This document shows, in pieces, positions 10,287 to 20,876 of a stretch of 64,000 nt of DNA. The stretch comes from an uncultured Haloferula sp. GTDB taxonomy: Bacteria; Verrucomicrobiota; Verrucomicrobiia; Verrucomicrobiales; Akkermansiaceae. The notes under the pieces are model-generated. The model had not been told where the DNA came from, searched no databases, and saw only the letters and a list, made by a program, of their open reading frames with translations. Each line of letters opens with the position of its first letter. Within the stretch, counting starts at the first letter, position 1. The translations under genes and the position numbers were made by a program. The stretch lies in contig CBFGTS010000008.1 in NCBI GenBank assembly GCA_965652295.1, positions 151,332 through 215,331 on the forward strand, given 5' to 3'.

Positions 10287-12010
10287 CATTTGAACAGCGA
10301 GTCGATGCCCATGGCGGACTTGCGGAGGAACTTGGGCATGTCCTGTTTCCGGCGGGGCTTGAAGGCGCGGTAGGCGAAGCCGAGCAGGTGGAGTGTGAAG
10401 AGGTGGTCGATGAGCCGGTAGCCGCGCTTTTTCCGGAGCAGCAGGCCGGCCAACCAGCCGAGCGTCCGGCGTTTGACCTGAAAGGGCGTGAAGGAGAGTT
10501 TGATGCGGTAGCGCTGGCGTGCGGTCTTCGGCCACTGGCGCTTGTAGGCGGCCTTGGCGGACTTGAGGGCGGTGACGATTTTCTCGTCGTAGGGAAGGAA
10601 ATAGTAGCGGCGGGCGAGGCAGACGATCCGGCAGAAATCGCGCCAGTGTTCGATGTCGCGGACCGGTAGGCCGGCTTCCTGAGCCAGGCGGATCATCCGC
10701 GGGAAAAGGTCCAGCGCTGCCTCGCCCTCGCGGAGGGCACGTTCGGGATCGCGGACGAAGCTCCGCAGAATCTTGCGAACCGGGTGGTTGATGAACAGGC
10801 AGTCCCAGTAGAGATGAAGCAGCGGGGGGATGCGGACGCGGCGGAAGAACAGCTTCTGTTCGGCGAAATCGCGGATATAGAGCAGCTCGTTGACGACCGT
10901 TTCGGCGTTGCGGAGCAGCTCGACGACTGCCGGCGCGCGTTCCGGACCGAACATCTCGCGCATGGCCTCATCGGTGGTCTTTTCCTCCGCAAGGATGGCG
11001 GGGATAAGACGGGCGTTGATGCGGATCCAGGTATCGTCGCCAGCCTCCGGGAGAAACGCGAGCCGCCGGAAGCGGTGCCAGCCGCCGGTTTGGCACCAGG
11101 TGGAGATGCCGACGAGGTTCTGCGCCTGCCGCAGCTCGCGGGCGAAACGTTCGCAGTCGGTGCCGACGGGGGCGGGATACTCGCCCGCGCCCTCGTATTC
11201 GCGGCGGGCTTGGAACTCGATGATCTTCGGGTGCGGAATCCGGAAGAACGCCCGGTTCAGCGGCAGGTAGCGGAAGAAGTCGCTCTCGCCGTATTTCATC
11301 GAGACGATGAAGCGGGACGAATCGATGCCCTCAAGGGTTTTGGCGAGGGTGCGGCGGTGCCAGATGAGGTCGCCCACGCGATACGCGCCCACGGTCCAGG
11401 TGCGGAGAATCAGGTTTTTCCCGGCGGCCTCGGCGATGGGAACCAGCGCTTTCAACGTGCGGTTGGTATGGGCGGTGGTGGTGAGGTGGAGGCGCGTGCG
11501 GATGGGGTCCTGAACGTCGATGCCATCGCTCTCGCCCAGCCGCAGGATCAACCCGTCGAGCGCGGGGAAATCGACAAAAATGTCACGTACAAGTCCCGCG
11601 TAGTAGGTATCGAGCGCCTGGCGGTCGGTGCCGAGGATTTCCGCCAGCCGCGGTGTGAGCGGCAGGATGTCGGAGGTGAGGTAAATGCCGAGTTCCGCGG
11701 CGCGGATGATCTCGAAGATGGCTGCAAATTCTTCGCGGAAGACGGCGATCCGTTCGGCGATTTCCGGTTCATGCTCAGGGTGGGGAGCGAGGTGCCCGAG
11801 GTCGTCGAGGGTGACGGCGTTGTATCCCAAGTCTTTGACCTCCAAACAGAAATGCTGGATGTCTTCACGGACTCTGTGCCATTGGGCGGTACGACGAGGT
11901 CCCTCGGTGGCGAGGTGGGTGAAGGGGATCTTCGACCAGTTGATGCGGGATTTCTCATGCCCGCGGAAGAAGGGTCCGATGGCGTCGATGAGTAGCAGGC
12001 GGGGCGGCAT
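10286..12010 (-). CDS. Hypothetical protein, possible glycoside-hydrolase-like TIM barrel
   Basis: 574-aa ORF; 'LDGLILRLGESDG', 'EFQARREYEGAG' loosely resemble GH67-like barrels. Confidence 0.5.
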   Translation of the reverse strand: MPPRLLLIDAIGPFFRGHEKSRINWSKIPFTHLATEGPRRTAQWHRVREDIQHFCLEVKDLGYNAVTLDDLGHLAPHPEHEPEIAERIAVFREEFAAIFEIIRAAELGIYLTSDILPLTPRLAEILGTDRQALDTYYAGLVRDIFVDFPALDGLILRLGESDGIDVQDPIRTRLHLTTTAHTNRTLKALVPIAEAAGKNLILRTWTVGAYRVGDLIWHRRTLAKTLEGIDSSRFIVSMKYGESDFFRYLPLNRAFFRIPHPKIIEFQARREYEGAGEYPAPVGTDCERFARELRQAQNLVGISTWCQTGGWHRFRRLAFLPEAGDDTWIRINARLIPAILAEEKTTDEAMREMFGPERAPAVVELLRNAETVVNELLYIRDFAEQKLFFRRVRIPPLLHLYWDCLFINHPVRKILRSFVRDPERALREGEAALDLFPRMIRLAQEAGLPVRDIEHWRDFCRIVCLARRYYFLPYDEKIVTALKSAKAAYKRQWPKTARQRYRIKLSFTPFQVKRRTLGWLAGLLLRKKRGYRLIDHLFTLHLLGFAYRAFKPRRKQDMPKFLRKSAMGIDSLFK

Positions 12011-12139
12011 GGAATCTGCCTATCTCGGCTATGGAAGCCCCGCTTGCAAAGAAGGTGAATCTGTCAGGATCGTCACTTCCAGCAGTTCGCATCCCGAGGC
12101 TTGGCGACCGATGAAAAGCATGATCTTCTTCGATAACTC

Positions 12140-12796
12140 ATGGATATGAGAGGTCGTTATATCCCCCCTGTTTCACGTCATCTTCGGGTCAGTCGCGGCG
12201 CGGGCTTTTCGCTGGTGGAAATGCTGGCGGTGGCGCTGATCATTTCGGCGCTGCTGGCGGCGGGTGCCGGGCTTTTCCAGCGGACGGGTTCGGAAGCGGT
12301 GAAGACCGGCACGGAGAAGTTCGCTGCGCTGGTAGAGCAGGCCCGGACTTCGGCGATCACCCGCCGCAAACCGGTGGCGCTGGCCTTGATTTCGCCTGGC
12401 GACCTGAGCCAGGGGGACGAGCTGTGCCGGATCGGCGTCTTCGAGCTGGAGGATTGGAAGAGCGGCGAGAAGGTCGAGGGGAGGCTGATCCAGCGATGGC
12501 GATCTCTGCCCGGCGGGGTGGGGTTTGTGGCAGGAGAATACGAGACGCTGGAGAACGTGATGGACGTCTCGCGTCCGTCCCTGAGCTGGAAGAACGGGGA
12601 CGAGGAGGCCGAAGTCCCCTTATTGGTCTTTTCGGCTCGCGGCGGTTTGATGTCGCCGGCCGGGTCGAAGCCGGTGGTGGTGATTCTTTCCTCCGGAGTG
12701 CATCAGGACGGGCGGTTCATCCCGAGAAATGGCGGGGGACGACGTGTGATCCGAATCGGGAGGGTGGTGGCGAGGCCATGGATTCTGGACGTATGA
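12140..12796 (+). CDS. Minor pilin/pseudopilin (FimT/GspH-like)
   Basis: 'GFSLVEMLAV', 'EQARTSAITRRKPV'. Confidence 0.85.
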   Translation: MDMRGRYIPPVSRHLRVSRGAGFSLVEMLAVALIISALLAAGAGLFQRTGSEAVKTGTEKFAALVEQARTSAITRRKPVALALISPGDLSQGDELCRIGVFELEDWKSGEKVEGRLIQRWRSLPGGVGFVAGEYETLENVMDVSRPSLSWKNGDEEAEVPLLVFSARGGLMSPAGSKPVVVILSSGVHQDGRFIPRNGGGRRVIRIGRVVARPWILDV

Positions 12797-13281
12797 AAAC
12801 GGCGGGAGTCCGGCGTCAGCGGGGCGTTTCACTGGTGGAGGTGGTGGTTGCGATCTCGGTGCTGGCGGTCGCGGTTCCGCTTTCGCTGGCGGCGATGACC
12901 AAGGCGGCGGGAGTCTCGGGCAAGGCGCGTGCGGAGACCCGCTCGCCCTCGATCGCGGAATTCGTGAAGCTGGAGCTGGAAATGGCGCGGCGGGACCGTT
13001 CGGAGATTTTCGGCAAGCTCGAGGAAGGCCAGCTTTTAACGGAGGGGACGGCTCCGGTGCTGGGATTCGGGCGGGATGGTGCGTTCGTCGCGAAACTGGA
13101 GGCGGAGGAGTATCGCGACGGCGTCGAACGTAGATCCGGCCGGGACGAGATCTTTTTCGTGGCCCTCGCCACGACGCGCGAAGAGGAGCGGGGGACCCTC
13201 GTCACGGTCCACGTCTGCCACCCGGCCGCCCGCAAGGCCGAGGATCGGGAAGAAGTCGCCTTCCACACCTTGCTGCCGTGA
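12793..13281 (+). CDS. Minor pilin (PilV-like)
   Basis: MKTAGVRRQRGVSLVEVVVAISVLAV; 4-nt overlaps with both neighbours. Confidence 0.85.
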   Translation: MKTAGVRRQRGVSLVEVVVAISVLAVAVPLSLAAMTKAAGVSGKARAETRSPSIAEFVKLELEMARRDRSEIFGKLEEGQLLTEGTAPVLGFGRDGAFVAKLEAEEYRDGVERRSGRDEIFFVALATTREEERGTLVTVHVCHPAARKAEDREEVAFHTLLP

Positions 13282-14024
13282 GAAAGGACCGTGGATTCAC
13301 TTTGATCGAGCTGATGGTGGCGATGGGCATCGGCATGGTGGTCCTGCTGCTGGCGGTGACGAGTCTCGACTCGGCGAGCACCGGGTACGGGCGGAACACC
13401 GATGGCATCGCCGCCGAGCGCGAGGCCCGGGCGGTGCTCACGCAGATCGCCGGGGATCTTTCCTCCGCGGTGTGGCACGAGGACACGGTGCTCGAGAACA
13501 AGGGCGGGGATCGACCGACGGATCGCCTGGGTTTTCTGATGCTCCAACCGGCCGACGCCCAGACGGAAGGCAAGCGGATCGGCGATCTGTGCGCGACGGT
13601 GTATTACATCAAGGACATCGAGACCAGCGGGCGGTCGATGCGCTGCCTGATGAGGGGCTTCCGGAACAGCGAGGCGACTTTCGACGCGTTGCGGGACCAC
13701 GACGTGCCCTCGCTCTTCGCCGAGGAGGAGGCGGACGAGCCGGTTTCGTTCGGGGTGCTGTCGTTCGATGTCTCACCGTTGCGGCGAAACGCGAACGGAG
13801 GCTGGGAGGAGTGGCAGGAGGATATCGTTGAGGCGTCTCCGCGCGTGCCTGAACCTGACGCGGTGAGAATCCGGCTGGTGGTGGCCCGGCGTGAACTCGC
13901 GGCGAAATTAGTCCGCGCCGAGGACTGGACGGCCAGCCCGCGGCTGCCCGCCCACGACAGGGTCGGGGAATCGAACCAAGTGGAAACCTATGAGATCGTC
14001 CAAGCATTCGCCCACCCCTCCTAA
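13278..14024 (+). CDS. Minor pilin (PilW/GspJ-like)
   Basis: 'RGFTLIELMVAMGI'. Confidence 0.85.
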   Translation: MRKDRGFTLIELMVAMGIGMVVLLLAVTSLDSASTGYGRNTDGIAAEREARAVLTQIAGDLSSAVWHEDTVLENKGGDRPTDRLGFLMLQPADAQTEGKRIGDLCATVYYIKDIETSGRSMRCLMRGFRNSEATFDALRDHDVPSLFAEEEADEPVSFGVLSFDVSPLRRNANGGWEEWQEDIVEASPRVPEPDAVRIRLVVARRELAAKLVRAEDWTASPRLPAHDRVGESNQVETYEIVQAFAHPS

Positions 14025-16956
14025 CCGTGGCTTCACGCTGGCTGCGGTGCTGGTGGTGATGGCGGCGATCCTGCTCCTCGCCGTCGGGGCGCTGGCGCTG
14101 GTGGGCATCGAGCGCAAAACAGCGCGCTCGTACGTCGATGCCCGGCGGGCGGAGTGGATGGCGGAGTCGGGCATGGAAGACTTCCGGGTCCGCCTGAAGG
14201 AGCTGACGGCCAACGACCACTATCTGGTTTTCAGCAAGGCTGATGAGGAGGTGGACCCGCTCCGCGAACCGGCGGATTATCTTTTTCTGGCCCGCGGCAG
14301 CGGTGGCGGGGACGGCCTGACCTTCGAGGTGACGCCGCTTTTCAGCGCCGAGTTTGGGACCGAGGAAGTGGGGGATCTTGAAGAAACCGGGGACGTGGGC
14401 GATTTCCGCGGGATGGAACCGACGGCCTTCGAAACCCTGCCGTGGGCCGATGAGGTGCAGGTCGATTGGATCGAGGTGAAGGACGATGCGAACCGGGTGG
14501 TGGGGCGCTATGCTTATTGGGTCGAAGACTTGCAGGGGAAATTGGACGCCAGCAAGGCGGCCTCCGACCTCGCCAGGGTGGAGCATCCGCTGACGGCCCC
14601 GGGAGTGGCGCTCGATCCCGACGATGGAGCCCGCGAGGGAGTGGAGCTGGCGTTTTACGCGCTGGATCCGGAGAGCGAGGGCGACGAAGACGACAGCACC
14701 CTCGACGACCGATTGGAGGAAGGGCGGGAGCTGCTCGTCTCGCCGGGTGCCGTGTTGGCTGCGGCGGGGATACGTCCGCCGCTGGAGCGGGATGAACAAG
14801 GGGCGCTTGAGGATGAGCTCGCGGGTGTTCTGGAACGTCATGTGGCGGTGGGCTTGCAGCCGTATGAGGAGCGGCCGGTGGTGCCGTTCACGGCGGGCAT
14901 TTCCGACGAAGCCGCGGGACAACCGAAACGGAACCTCAACGAGATGCTGCTCGATCAAAGCACGGAGGCTGCCGTGAACTCGTTCGCCGACTGGGTGGAT
15001 GAAGCGTTGCCGGAGTTCGCCGAACGCGGTGGGGGATTCCCCGACGACTACCTCCGTACCATGGCGGCCAATGCCCTCGACTACGCCGATGCCGACAACG
15101 AGCCGACGCTTCGGGAAGGCGTTTATCGAGGCCTGGATGGCTATCCTTTGGTAAGCGAACATCTCGTGCGTTACCGATGGGACAAGGTTTCCACCCGTGA
15201 CGGCCGGAAGTATGTGGAGATCACGGTGAAGGTGGTCGCGGAGCTTTGGAACATGACCGATCAAGCGGTCGGCGGGGAAATGCAGCTCAGCTACGAGACG
15301 AACTACCAGTTTCCCCTCGGCCCGGTGCCGGATCTGAACCTCGGGGCACCCGAGTTCATCGAGGATCCCGACGTGTTCTCGCCGCAGTTGGAGAAATCCA
15401 ACGGCTACTACTGGTTTCCCGCCCAGAACGTGGCGATGGAGCCGAATGAGTATCGCCTCATGGTTTTCCCGGAACTCAAGTATGTCATCGATGCAGGGCC
15501 TTCGAGCGTGTTCGTCCCCAGCCCGATCTACATGACCGGTGAGGATCTCTGGACCTCCGCCGGAACCAACGTCGGCTACCGGATGCGCTGGAACGGGAAG
15601 ATGGTGGACCAGTCCCGCGGTTATGTGGTCCACCCGGACATGTCGCTCAACTATCCCGCGGACACGCAAAAACAGCCGCGCCAGAATGTGTGGGGGACGA
15701 TCCCGGGGCACAGCTATTCCACCGCCCCGTTCCAGCATGCCAACAACATGGGGGACCCGCGCATGGCTTTCTACATCGGCCTGCCTCAAGATCCGAATGA
15801 TTATCCGGACAACTACAGCCCCAACCGTCGCACCGTCCGCTGGGGGAATATCTATCAGGGAGACGGATCGACGAAGGCCAAGGTATATGGCCGCGTGATG
15901 CCTTCGGAATGGCCGGACGGCGGACACAATACGGGCTTCGGATCGATACCGTCCGCCGTATCGGCAGGACGGGGAGGCCAGGACGGAGACCAGCGGATTG
16001 ATCCGGACCACGCCCAGTTCTTTCAAAACATCCCGGAAACCGAGCCTTACAAGGCGCCCATGCGGATCTCGAACCTGGGTCGCTTCGTTTCCGAATCCGA
16101 ACTCGGTCGTGTCTACGATCCCGTCATGTGGCTGCCGACCTATGACAACACTTCGGAGACGAACCAGATCCGTCGTGGTCTCATGCCCGGCTCCCGGGCA
16201 TCCTGGCCGTTGGTGGTGGAGGCGGCACCGCCTTCCGGCGACTACGGTGGGGGTAATAGTTTGCGCATCGGGCGGCCGGAGCATCCGAAGTTCGATGTGC
16301 CGGGACTGCACGCCGCGCACCTGTTGGATCTCTTCCACGCAGGCATGGAGGGCGATGAAGATGATATCACCGGGGATCGGGTGAGGATTGATGGCAAGGT
16401 GAACCTCAATACCGCCTCGCGCGAGGTGCTGAGGGCGCTGGCTGTGGGCTACCTGAAACAGGATCCCGTCCTGGCGGAACAGCTCAGCCGGTCGCATCAG
16501 CCGACCCATCTGATGGCACCTCCGACGCGGAGCGCGGAAGAGGGGGCGCCGCGGCTGGAGATCGCGGGCGATGTGCTGGCGGATGCCATCATTCTGCGCC
16601 GCCCGATCACCTGCGCGGCTGAGCTGGCTGCGGTGAAGACCGCGGAGGATGAACCGGTTTTCGGAAACCCGGAATTCCATCAACTGGGCGAGGATCTGGA
16701 GTGGAACGATTCGGCCGCCGAGGAGGTTTTCGAGCGGGTTTACAATGCCTCCACGCTGCGCTCGCGGAACTTCCGGGTGTGGGTCGTAGGCCAGTCACTC
16801 GCGCCGAAAGAGGCGGACTCGACCTCCGCTCCGGTGGTGATGGCCGAGTCACGCAAGGTCTTCACCATCTTTGCCGACCCGGGCGACCGCACGGACTCCG
16901 GCGACATCGATTCCTCCAACTACCGCCCGCGTGTCATCCATGAAAACGGTTTCTAA
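13990..16956 (+). CDS. Large PilX/GspK-like protein (Verru_Chthon cassette A-like)
   Basis: 'GFTLAAVLVVM' lacking E5, 'GRYAYWVEDLQGKLD', 'GKVNLNTAS', 'RSRNFRVWVVGQ'. Confidence 0.8.
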   Translation: MRSSKHSPTPPNRGFTLAAVLVVMAAILLLAVGALALVGIERKTARSYVDARRAEWMAESGMEDFRVRLKELTANDHYLVFSKADEEVDPLREPADYLFLARGSGGGDGLTFEVTPLFSAEFGTEEVGDLEETGDVGDFRGMEPTAFETLPWADEVQVDWIEVKDDANRVVGRYAYWVEDLQGKLDASKAASDLARVEHPLTAPGVALDPDDGAREGVELAFYALDPESEGDEDDSTLDDRLEEGRELLVSPGAVLAAAGIRPPLERDEQGALEDELAGVLERHVAVGLQPYEERPVVPFTAGISDEAAGQPKRNLNEMLLDQSTEAAVNSFADWVDEALPEFAERGGGFPDDYLRTMAANALDYADADNEPTLREGVYRGLDGYPLVSEHLVRYRWDKVSTRDGRKYVEITVKVVAELWNMTDQAVGGEMQLSYETNYQFPLGPVPDLNLGAPEFIEDPDVFSPQLEKSNGYYWFPAQNVAMEPNEYRLMVFPELKYVIDAGPSSVFVPSPIYMTGEDLWTSAGTNVGYRMRWNGKMVDQSRGYVVHPDMSLNYPADTQKQPRQNVWGTIPGHSYSTAPFQHANNMGDPRMAFYIGLPQDPNDYPDNYSPNRRTVRWGNIYQGDGSTKAKVYGRVMPSEWPDGGHNTGFGSIPSAVSAGRGGQDGDQRIDPDHAQFFQNIPETEPYKAPMRISNLGRFVSESELGRVYDPVMWLPTYDNTSETNQIRRGLMPGSRASWPLVVEAAPPSGDYGGGNSLRIGRPEHPKFDVPGLHAAHLLDLFHAGMEGDEDDITGDRVRIDGKVNLNTASREVLRALAVGYLKQDPVLAEQLSRSHQPTHLMAPPTRSAEEGAPRLEIAGDVLADAIILRRPITCAAELAAVKTAEDEPVFGNPEFHQLGEDLEWNDSAAEEVFERVYNASTLRSRNFRVWVVGQSLAPKEADSTSAPVVMAESRKVFTIFADPGDRTDSGDIDSSNYRPRVIHENGF

Positions 16957-17623
16957 ACTGCTCGCCGCCCTCGTGGTTGCGGGTCCTCTTTTTGCTCAGG
17001 ACCCTCCACCGAACATCGGCTTCATCCGCATGGTCAATGCCGTGGCCGCCGGCGAGGGAAACACCGAGGTGCTGGTGGACGGAGAGACACTCTACCCGAA
17101 AGGCTACAAGTTGGGTCAGAAGACGGGCGGCATCGGCCTGCCGGCGGGCAGCCGCCGGATCACGATCCGCAAGCAAGGCGTCGAGGAGGGCTCGACCTCG
17201 CTGGGCGTGGCTGCGGGGGCGACCACGACCCTGATCGCGTTTGCGGAAAGGGTGGAGCCGAAGGATCCCGAGGAGGAGGTCACGTACCGGGCTCGGATCT
17301 TACGGCTGAAGCAATCCGACCCCGAGCGGGGCTATCGGCTCACCGTGATCAGTGTGTGCACGGAGGAGGAAGTGGCCTTCAACGTCGCCACCGCGGCCCG
17401 GCGGGTGTTCGAGAAGACGGCGGTGAAGCGTTTTGATACCCGGACGATGGACCTGGGGAACGGACGCGGAGACGTGCAGATCAAGTTGCGCGGACGGCAG
17501 GAAACCCTTTGCGGCATGTCGCTCGCCGCGCCGGGCAACTATGTGGCGGTGTTCTACAACGACGCCGAAGGCAACATCAAAGCTCTCACGTTCTACGATC
17601 CGAAGTTCGTGATCGCCGGGTGA
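16940..17623 (+). CDS. Secreted hypothetical protein (DUF4397-like) ending the pilin operon
   Basis: Signal peptide MKTVSKLLAALVVAGPLFA, 'FIRMVNAV'. Confidence 0.6.
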   Translation: MKTVSKLLAALVVAGPLFAQDPPPNIGFIRMVNAVAAGEGNTEVLVDGETLYPKGYKLGQKTGGIGLPAGSRRITIRKQGVEEGSTSLGVAAGATTTLIAFAERVEPKDPEEEVTYRARILRLKQSDPERGYRLTVISVCTEEEVAFNVATAARRVFEKTAVKRFDTRTMDLGNGRGDVQIKLRGRQETLCGMSLAAPGNYVAVFYNDAEGNIKALTFYDPKFVIAG

Positions 17624-17630
17624 CGGACGT

Positions 17631-18281
17631 TCAGACGATCTCGACCACCTGTTCGCGGGGAAATCTCGCCTTGGGGCGGGCGGCGGTGTGATCGCTCTCC
17701 GCGCGGTGGCCGATGGCGCAGGCCACGCAGGTGGCGTAGCCGGTGCCGCCGAGGCCGAGCGCGACGTCGTATGCGGCGGGATCGATACCCTCCAAGGGGC
17801 AGGAATCCAGCCCCAGCACGGCGGCGGATGTCATCAGCTGGCCGAGCGCGATGTAGCACTGGCGGGTGTTCCAAGCGTGGCGTTCAGCGCGCGACATGCG
17901 GCCGGCGAAGCCTTCGATCATTCCCTTCATGGGGTCGAGCGCGTCCTTGGGCTGGCCTTGGGTTTCGGAAAGACAATCAATCCAGCGCTCGATGTCGTCC
18001 TGGGTCACATCGGTGCGGGCGGTGAGGACGACCAACTCGGCGGCTTCGGTGAGCTGGGGCTGGTTCCACGAGGCGGCCTTGAGCTTCAGCCGCAGTTCCG
18101 GGTCGCGGACGATGAGGAATTTCCACGGCTGCAATCCGAATGACGAGGGAGTGAGCACCAAGCCCTCGAGCAAGGCCTCCATGGTCTCCTGAGGGACCGG
18201 CCGGGCGGGGTCGAAATGCTTGGTGGCGTAGCGGCGCTGGAGGGCGGAAAGAAGATCGTTGGGAGACATGAAGCGGGTCAT
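17631..18281 (-). CDS. NAD(P)H nitroreductase (NfsB-like)
   Basis: 'RRYATKHFD', 'TPSSFGLQPW', 'DSCPLEGID', 'KARF'. Confidence 0.92.
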   Translation of the reverse strand: MTRFMSPNDLLSALQRRYATKHFDPARPVPQETMEALLEGLVLTPSSFGLQPWKFLIVRDPELRLKLKAASWNQPQLTEAAELVVLTARTDVTQDDIERWIDCLSETQGQPKDALDPMKGMIEGFAGRMSRAERHAWNTRQCYIALGQLMTSAAVLGLDSCPLEGIDPAAYDVALGLGGTGYATCVACAIGHRAESDHTAARPKARFPREQVVEIV

Positions 18282-20791
18282 TGGGCGTCGAGATCGAAGG
18301 GCACGGTGGCCGACGGGAAATCCTTGAGAGTGAAAGCGAAGACGACGCCGTATTCGTTGTCGATCCGGTTGTCCCTTGCAGTGATGCCGATCGAACCGAC
18401 CCAGAAATCGAAGTCGCGGTGAATGGTGTACTGTTGGAGTTCGAGGGTGCCGTCATCCATTTCCCATACTTGCGTGGCACCGAGGCCCCACTTGTCGTTC
18501 AGGCGCAGGAATGCCTGCGCATCGAGGCGGGTGGAATCGACCAGGATCGGGTGGTTGTTGAGGACCCGGTTACCCACGGTGAACTCGAAGTTTTCAGTGG
18601 GCATGAAGCGCAGCCGGGCGGCCACTTCCGAATAGCCGGAGCCATCGTCGACGATGGGGAACTGCGTTTCCAGTCTCAGGTCCAGCCATGGCAACGGATG
18701 CCAGGTGAGGTCGTTGTAGAGATTGGAAAACCGGCGGTTGAGACCTTCGGGATCCTCGAAAAACCCATCCATGTAGCTATCGAGATAAAGCCACTCAAAG
18801 CTCTGGCCGTCGCGCCGGGTGATGAGATGGTTGCGGGCACCGAGACGGATGATCGACCAACCGCGGAGCGAGTCGATGGCGGTGAAACGGTTCGGCGAGA
18901 TGGTCCGCGGCCGGGTGCTGTAGGTTTCCCGGTCGATGGTGGGGAAGAGGGGATTGACGTCGTCAGTGCTGAGGTGGGAGAAGCGGGCGTAAGGCTGGAG
19001 GATGTGCAGCAGGCCTTCGAGGCCCCAGAAGCGGTCCTGATAATCGGCGTAGTCGCGCGAGAATTTCACCGAGGTTTCCGCCCCGGTATAGAACAGGGCC
19101 CGGTCGAAAGAGCCGGCCGGTCCGTTGACCGAATCGTAACGGGAATAGCCGAAACCGACCTCGGGCGTGAAGTTGAGCCAACCGCCCAACTTGGTAGGCA
19201 GCGAGAACTCCTGGTAGGTGTGGAAGCGGTTGTAGCCGGGATTGAGCAACTGGGTGGTCAGGGCGGGGATCAGCGGACTGCCGGCAGGGAGGGAGCGGAG
19301 CGTCTGGACGAGCTGCTGCTCATAGATCGGGAGGCGGTCGTAAAGGGTGGCGACGAGCGGGTTGCCCGGTGCCAGGGAAAGCAACGTCCGGGCGTCGTTG
19401 TCCGCGGCGGCTCCGATCCGCTCGTCGATCACGGCGAAGGAGGTGTTCCCCTCATGCAGGATCCGGGTGCCGAAGATCGGACGTCGCGATTGGTCGAAGG
19501 CGATTTCCGGCAGCCGCGTGTCGGAGCGGTAGAAATCGTTCGGCTGGAGGCGGGTGAAGAGGCTGAACAGCGAGCTGTCGTCGTGGCGGAAGATCCCGAT
19601 GGTGTTGTCCGGTGCGGGATCGACGCGGAAGGCGCGCGGGTCGAAGTCCTCAAGGAAGTATTTGTCGCTCAGAACGTTCAGGTTGTAATCGGCGCGCCAT
19701 TTGTCGCCGCCCTCCAGACCCAGCGGAACGCGATACTGGAGCGACGCCTGCCAGCGGTCTTCGTTCACCCGCCCGCGGGGAAGACCGGTGCGCGACACGG
19801 TTGGGTCGAGGTCGTTGGCGTAGTAGAGCGAGAAACCTTCGAGGTTCTTGTTGTCCTTCTGGCGGCGGTCCACCAGGTCGACGCCCATGCCCACGCCCCG
19901 CCGCGACCGGAGGTCGAGATTCCAGCGGGAGAGCAGCCAGGGATCCTCGTCGTCGCCGAGCAGGACGCCATAGCTGTTGAGGAGGTAGGCACCCCAGTTG
20001 CTGCGGGCCCCGGGGATGAAATGGTAGCCGAGATCGGCGTCCAGTGGCTGCGCGAAGTAGGGCAGCCAGAAGATCGGCGTGTCGCCGGCGAAGACCTTCA
20101 TGTTCTTGAAGGTCACGCGGTCGTCCGGGTAGACGCGGGTCTCGTCCGCCCGCACCCAGAAGCGGGGGTTTTCCACATCGTCGGTGGTGATGCCGGCGTG
20201 CTGGCCAACGAAGACCTGCCCGGCATTTCCCTGCTCAAGCACGAAGCCATCGGCCTCCAGCAGCAGCGGATCGACTCCGGTGCGCAGGCCGGAAGCGTCG
20301 AGCTTGCCGGTTTCCATGAAGTAAACGACCTGGCGACCCCGCTGGACGCTCTGGCCTTGGTAAATGGAGACGTCGCCCGTGAGTGTGACGGTTTTCGATG
20401 TGTCATCGAGTTCGCCTCGGTCGGCGAAAACCTCGACGCCGGTCTCGGTGCGCAGTTTCACGTCGCCGGTGACGACGAGTTTCTTGTCGTTGCCGCGGTA
20501 GACCGCCTTGTTGGCGCGGAGGGTCATTCCGGTGTCGGCGGTCGCCACGATGGCTCCCTTTGAAATCACGGAGTTCGTCGATTGTTCCGCATCGAAGCCG
20601 CCGTCGAAGTCGATCGTGACCGATTCCGGCATGGCCGGTTGGATGTCCTCCGCGAGCATCAGGTCGGAATCCGTCGGCAGCGGCACCGGGGTGATCGGAC
20701 CGATCTCCGGCGCGGATTCGTTGACCTCCGGCAGCACGTCCTGGGCGGCGAGGGGAAGGAGCGGGAAAAGCAGGGCGGCGGCGAACCTCAT
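18278..20791 (-). CDS. lptD: LPS-assembly protein LptD
   Basis: Signal peptide, OstA-like N-domain, 'TPIFWLPY', large beta-barrel. Confidence 0.85.
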   Translation of the reverse strand: MRFAAALLFPLLPLAAQDVLPEVNESAPEIGPITPVPLPTDSDLMLAEDIQPAMPESVTIDFDGGFDAEQSTNSVISKGAIVATADTGMTLRANKAVYRGNDKKLVVTGDVKLRTETGVEVFADRGELDDTSKTVTLTGDVSIYQGQSVQRGRQVVYFMETGKLDASGLRTGVDPLLLEADGFVLEQGNAGQVFVGQHAGITTDDVENPRFWVRADETRVYPDDRVTFKNMKVFAGDTPIFWLPYFAQPLDADLGYHFIPGARSNWGAYLLNSYGVLLGDDEDPWLLSRWNLDLRSRRGVGMGVDLVDRRQKDNKNLEGFSLYYANDLDPTVSRTGLPRGRVNEDRWQASLQYRVPLGLEGGDKWRADYNLNVLSDKYFLEDFDPRAFRVDPAPDNTIGIFRHDDSSLFSLFTRLQPNDFYRSDTRLPEIAFDQSRRPIFGTRILHEGNTSFAVIDERIGAAADNDARTLLSLAPGNPLVATLYDRLPIYEQQLVQTLRSLPAGSPLIPALTTQLLNPGYNRFHTYQEFSLPTKLGGWLNFTPEVGFGYSRYDSVNGPAGSFDRALFYTGAETSVKFSRDYADYQDRFWGLEGLLHILQPYARFSHLSTDDVNPLFPTIDRETYSTRPRTISPNRFTAIDSLRGWSIIRLGARNHLITRRDGQSFEWLYLDSYMDGFFEDPEGLNRRFSNLYNDLTWHPLPWLDLRLETQFPIVDDGSGYSEVAARLRFMPTENFEFTVGNRVLNNHPILVDSTRLDAQAFLRLNDKWGLGATQVWEMDDGTLELQQYTIHRDFDFWVGSIGITARDNRIDNEYGVVFAFTLKDFPSATVPFDLDAQ

Positions 20792-20876
20792 TGCCGTCGG
20801 ATTGCAGGGCGGGCCGGGCTGCAAGTAAAGGTGGAAAGCGATTGCGTGGCACCGCAGCCGGAGGATGTTGGAGAGC

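Noticed and set aside
13609..16683. 1024-aa minus-strand ORF, and similar long ORFs such as 18281-20563, 1466-3235, 8924-10030, 40483-42279 and 26232-27797
   Set aside because: Antisense or alternate-frame shadows of well-supported genes, common in high-GC DNA; no recognisable motifs.
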